A DNA stretch of 64,000 nt, taken from NCBI GenBank assembly GCA_050273025.1, contig CP158635.1, forward strand, positions 15,686,001-15,750,000, given 5' to 3'. The stretch is from Cenococcum geophilum. Its lineage: Eukaryota. The translations under genes and the position numbers were made by a program. Position 1 is the first letter of the stretch; each line of letters opens with the position of its first letter. Below are positions 63,438-64,000 of the stretch, piece after piece. The notes beneath the pieces were generated by a model. The model had not been told where the DNA came from. It saw only the letters and a list, made by a program, of their open reading frames with translations, and made no database searches.

Positions 63438-64000
63438 CTAGGCACCTAAATAAATATATGGTGCCTACTTAAGGGGATCTCTAACAAAGCTTGAGCGAAC
63501 CTGTAATAGAGCCTCGCGTAATACTTCTACCACCGTTTGGTTTGAATCCTCCATATCGCTGTATTTGACAAGATACTTATAGAAGTGCCTCGCCACTCGG
63601 ATGTACACTTCATCGTCAGCCGACTATAATGATCCTATAACATGTCCAAATCCGGCCACCTGGAAGGCACTCACGAGATAGAGTGCCTTATCAGTAAAGC
63701 GCGCAGCCTTTACTTCTGCGGTCGAGCATGCTAACAGATAGGCAATCCATGCTCGCCCGAGGCTTTATTCGTTTGAAATCTGTGAAATAGTTAGCTCGTC
63801 GATAGAGAGCCCTAAGGCGTCCCTCTTCTAGAGCAGTAGGTGGCTATTAGAAGGGTTCGCCTGATCTAATAACCCGTAACACGCAAAATAAGTAATGTTA
63901 AATCGCTTTATATCTTTCAGCACGCGGTCCGTAGTGGGGCATTCTAGAGTCTCCACCATATAAATATTTCGAATAGTTTCTTGGATAGCCTCCTTCTCGC
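63438..64000 (-). pseudogene. CHAT (caspase HetF associated with TPRs) domain protein, 3' end; 5' part outside the window
   Basis: (H)FAC(H)G, AYL(S)ACSTAE, (DE)ALxLVSAFQVAGFGHVIGSL(W)SADD, (W)APYI(H)xGA*. Stop at 63438-63440. Confidence 0.88.

Larger units (their letters stand above)
130..64000 (+). mobile_element. Probable RIP-degraded Starship-like giant element or Starship-derived accessory region; boundaries not visible
   Basis: A captain-like gene comes first and is followed by cargo classes often associated with Starships (NLR/patatin, kinases, orphans). No terminal direct repeat or right end was identified, so the extent is inferred. Confidence 0.5.

Overview
This is AT-rich, intron-bearing filamentous-ascomycete (Pezizomycotina-like) DNA that has been heavily eroded by RIP-type C>T/G>A transitions, so almost every gene is a stop-codon-riddled relic and most supplied ORFs are artefacts. 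Protein calls below come from manual translation with RIP reversed by eye; no searches were run. The window opens with a DUF3435 tyrosine-recombinase (Starship captain-like) pseudogene. It continues with cargo-like relics: orphan genes, a Ser/Thr kinase, a Clr5-domain + 11x TPR protein, a HET-domain fragment, a patatin-NB-ARC-TPR NLR, a FunK1 kinase, an inverted-duplicated NLR C-terminal half, a PD-(D/E)xK-like protein and a CHAT protease. Between them lie many MITEs (Harbinger-, Tc1/mariner- and hAT-like) and minisatellites. The most striking structure is a ~45-bp GC-rich motif present 7 times. Five non-LTR retroinsertions have 12-14 bp target-site duplications that begin exactly at the motif's last base, and two of them are stacked at one site. 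The four long inserts share a LINE-type 3' tail but carry different bodies: an RNase H/pol fragment, gag only, and a BIR-like zinc-finger ORF (two copies); the fifth is only the end of that tail. This suggests a site-specific, possibly multipartite Tad1-like retroelement system.
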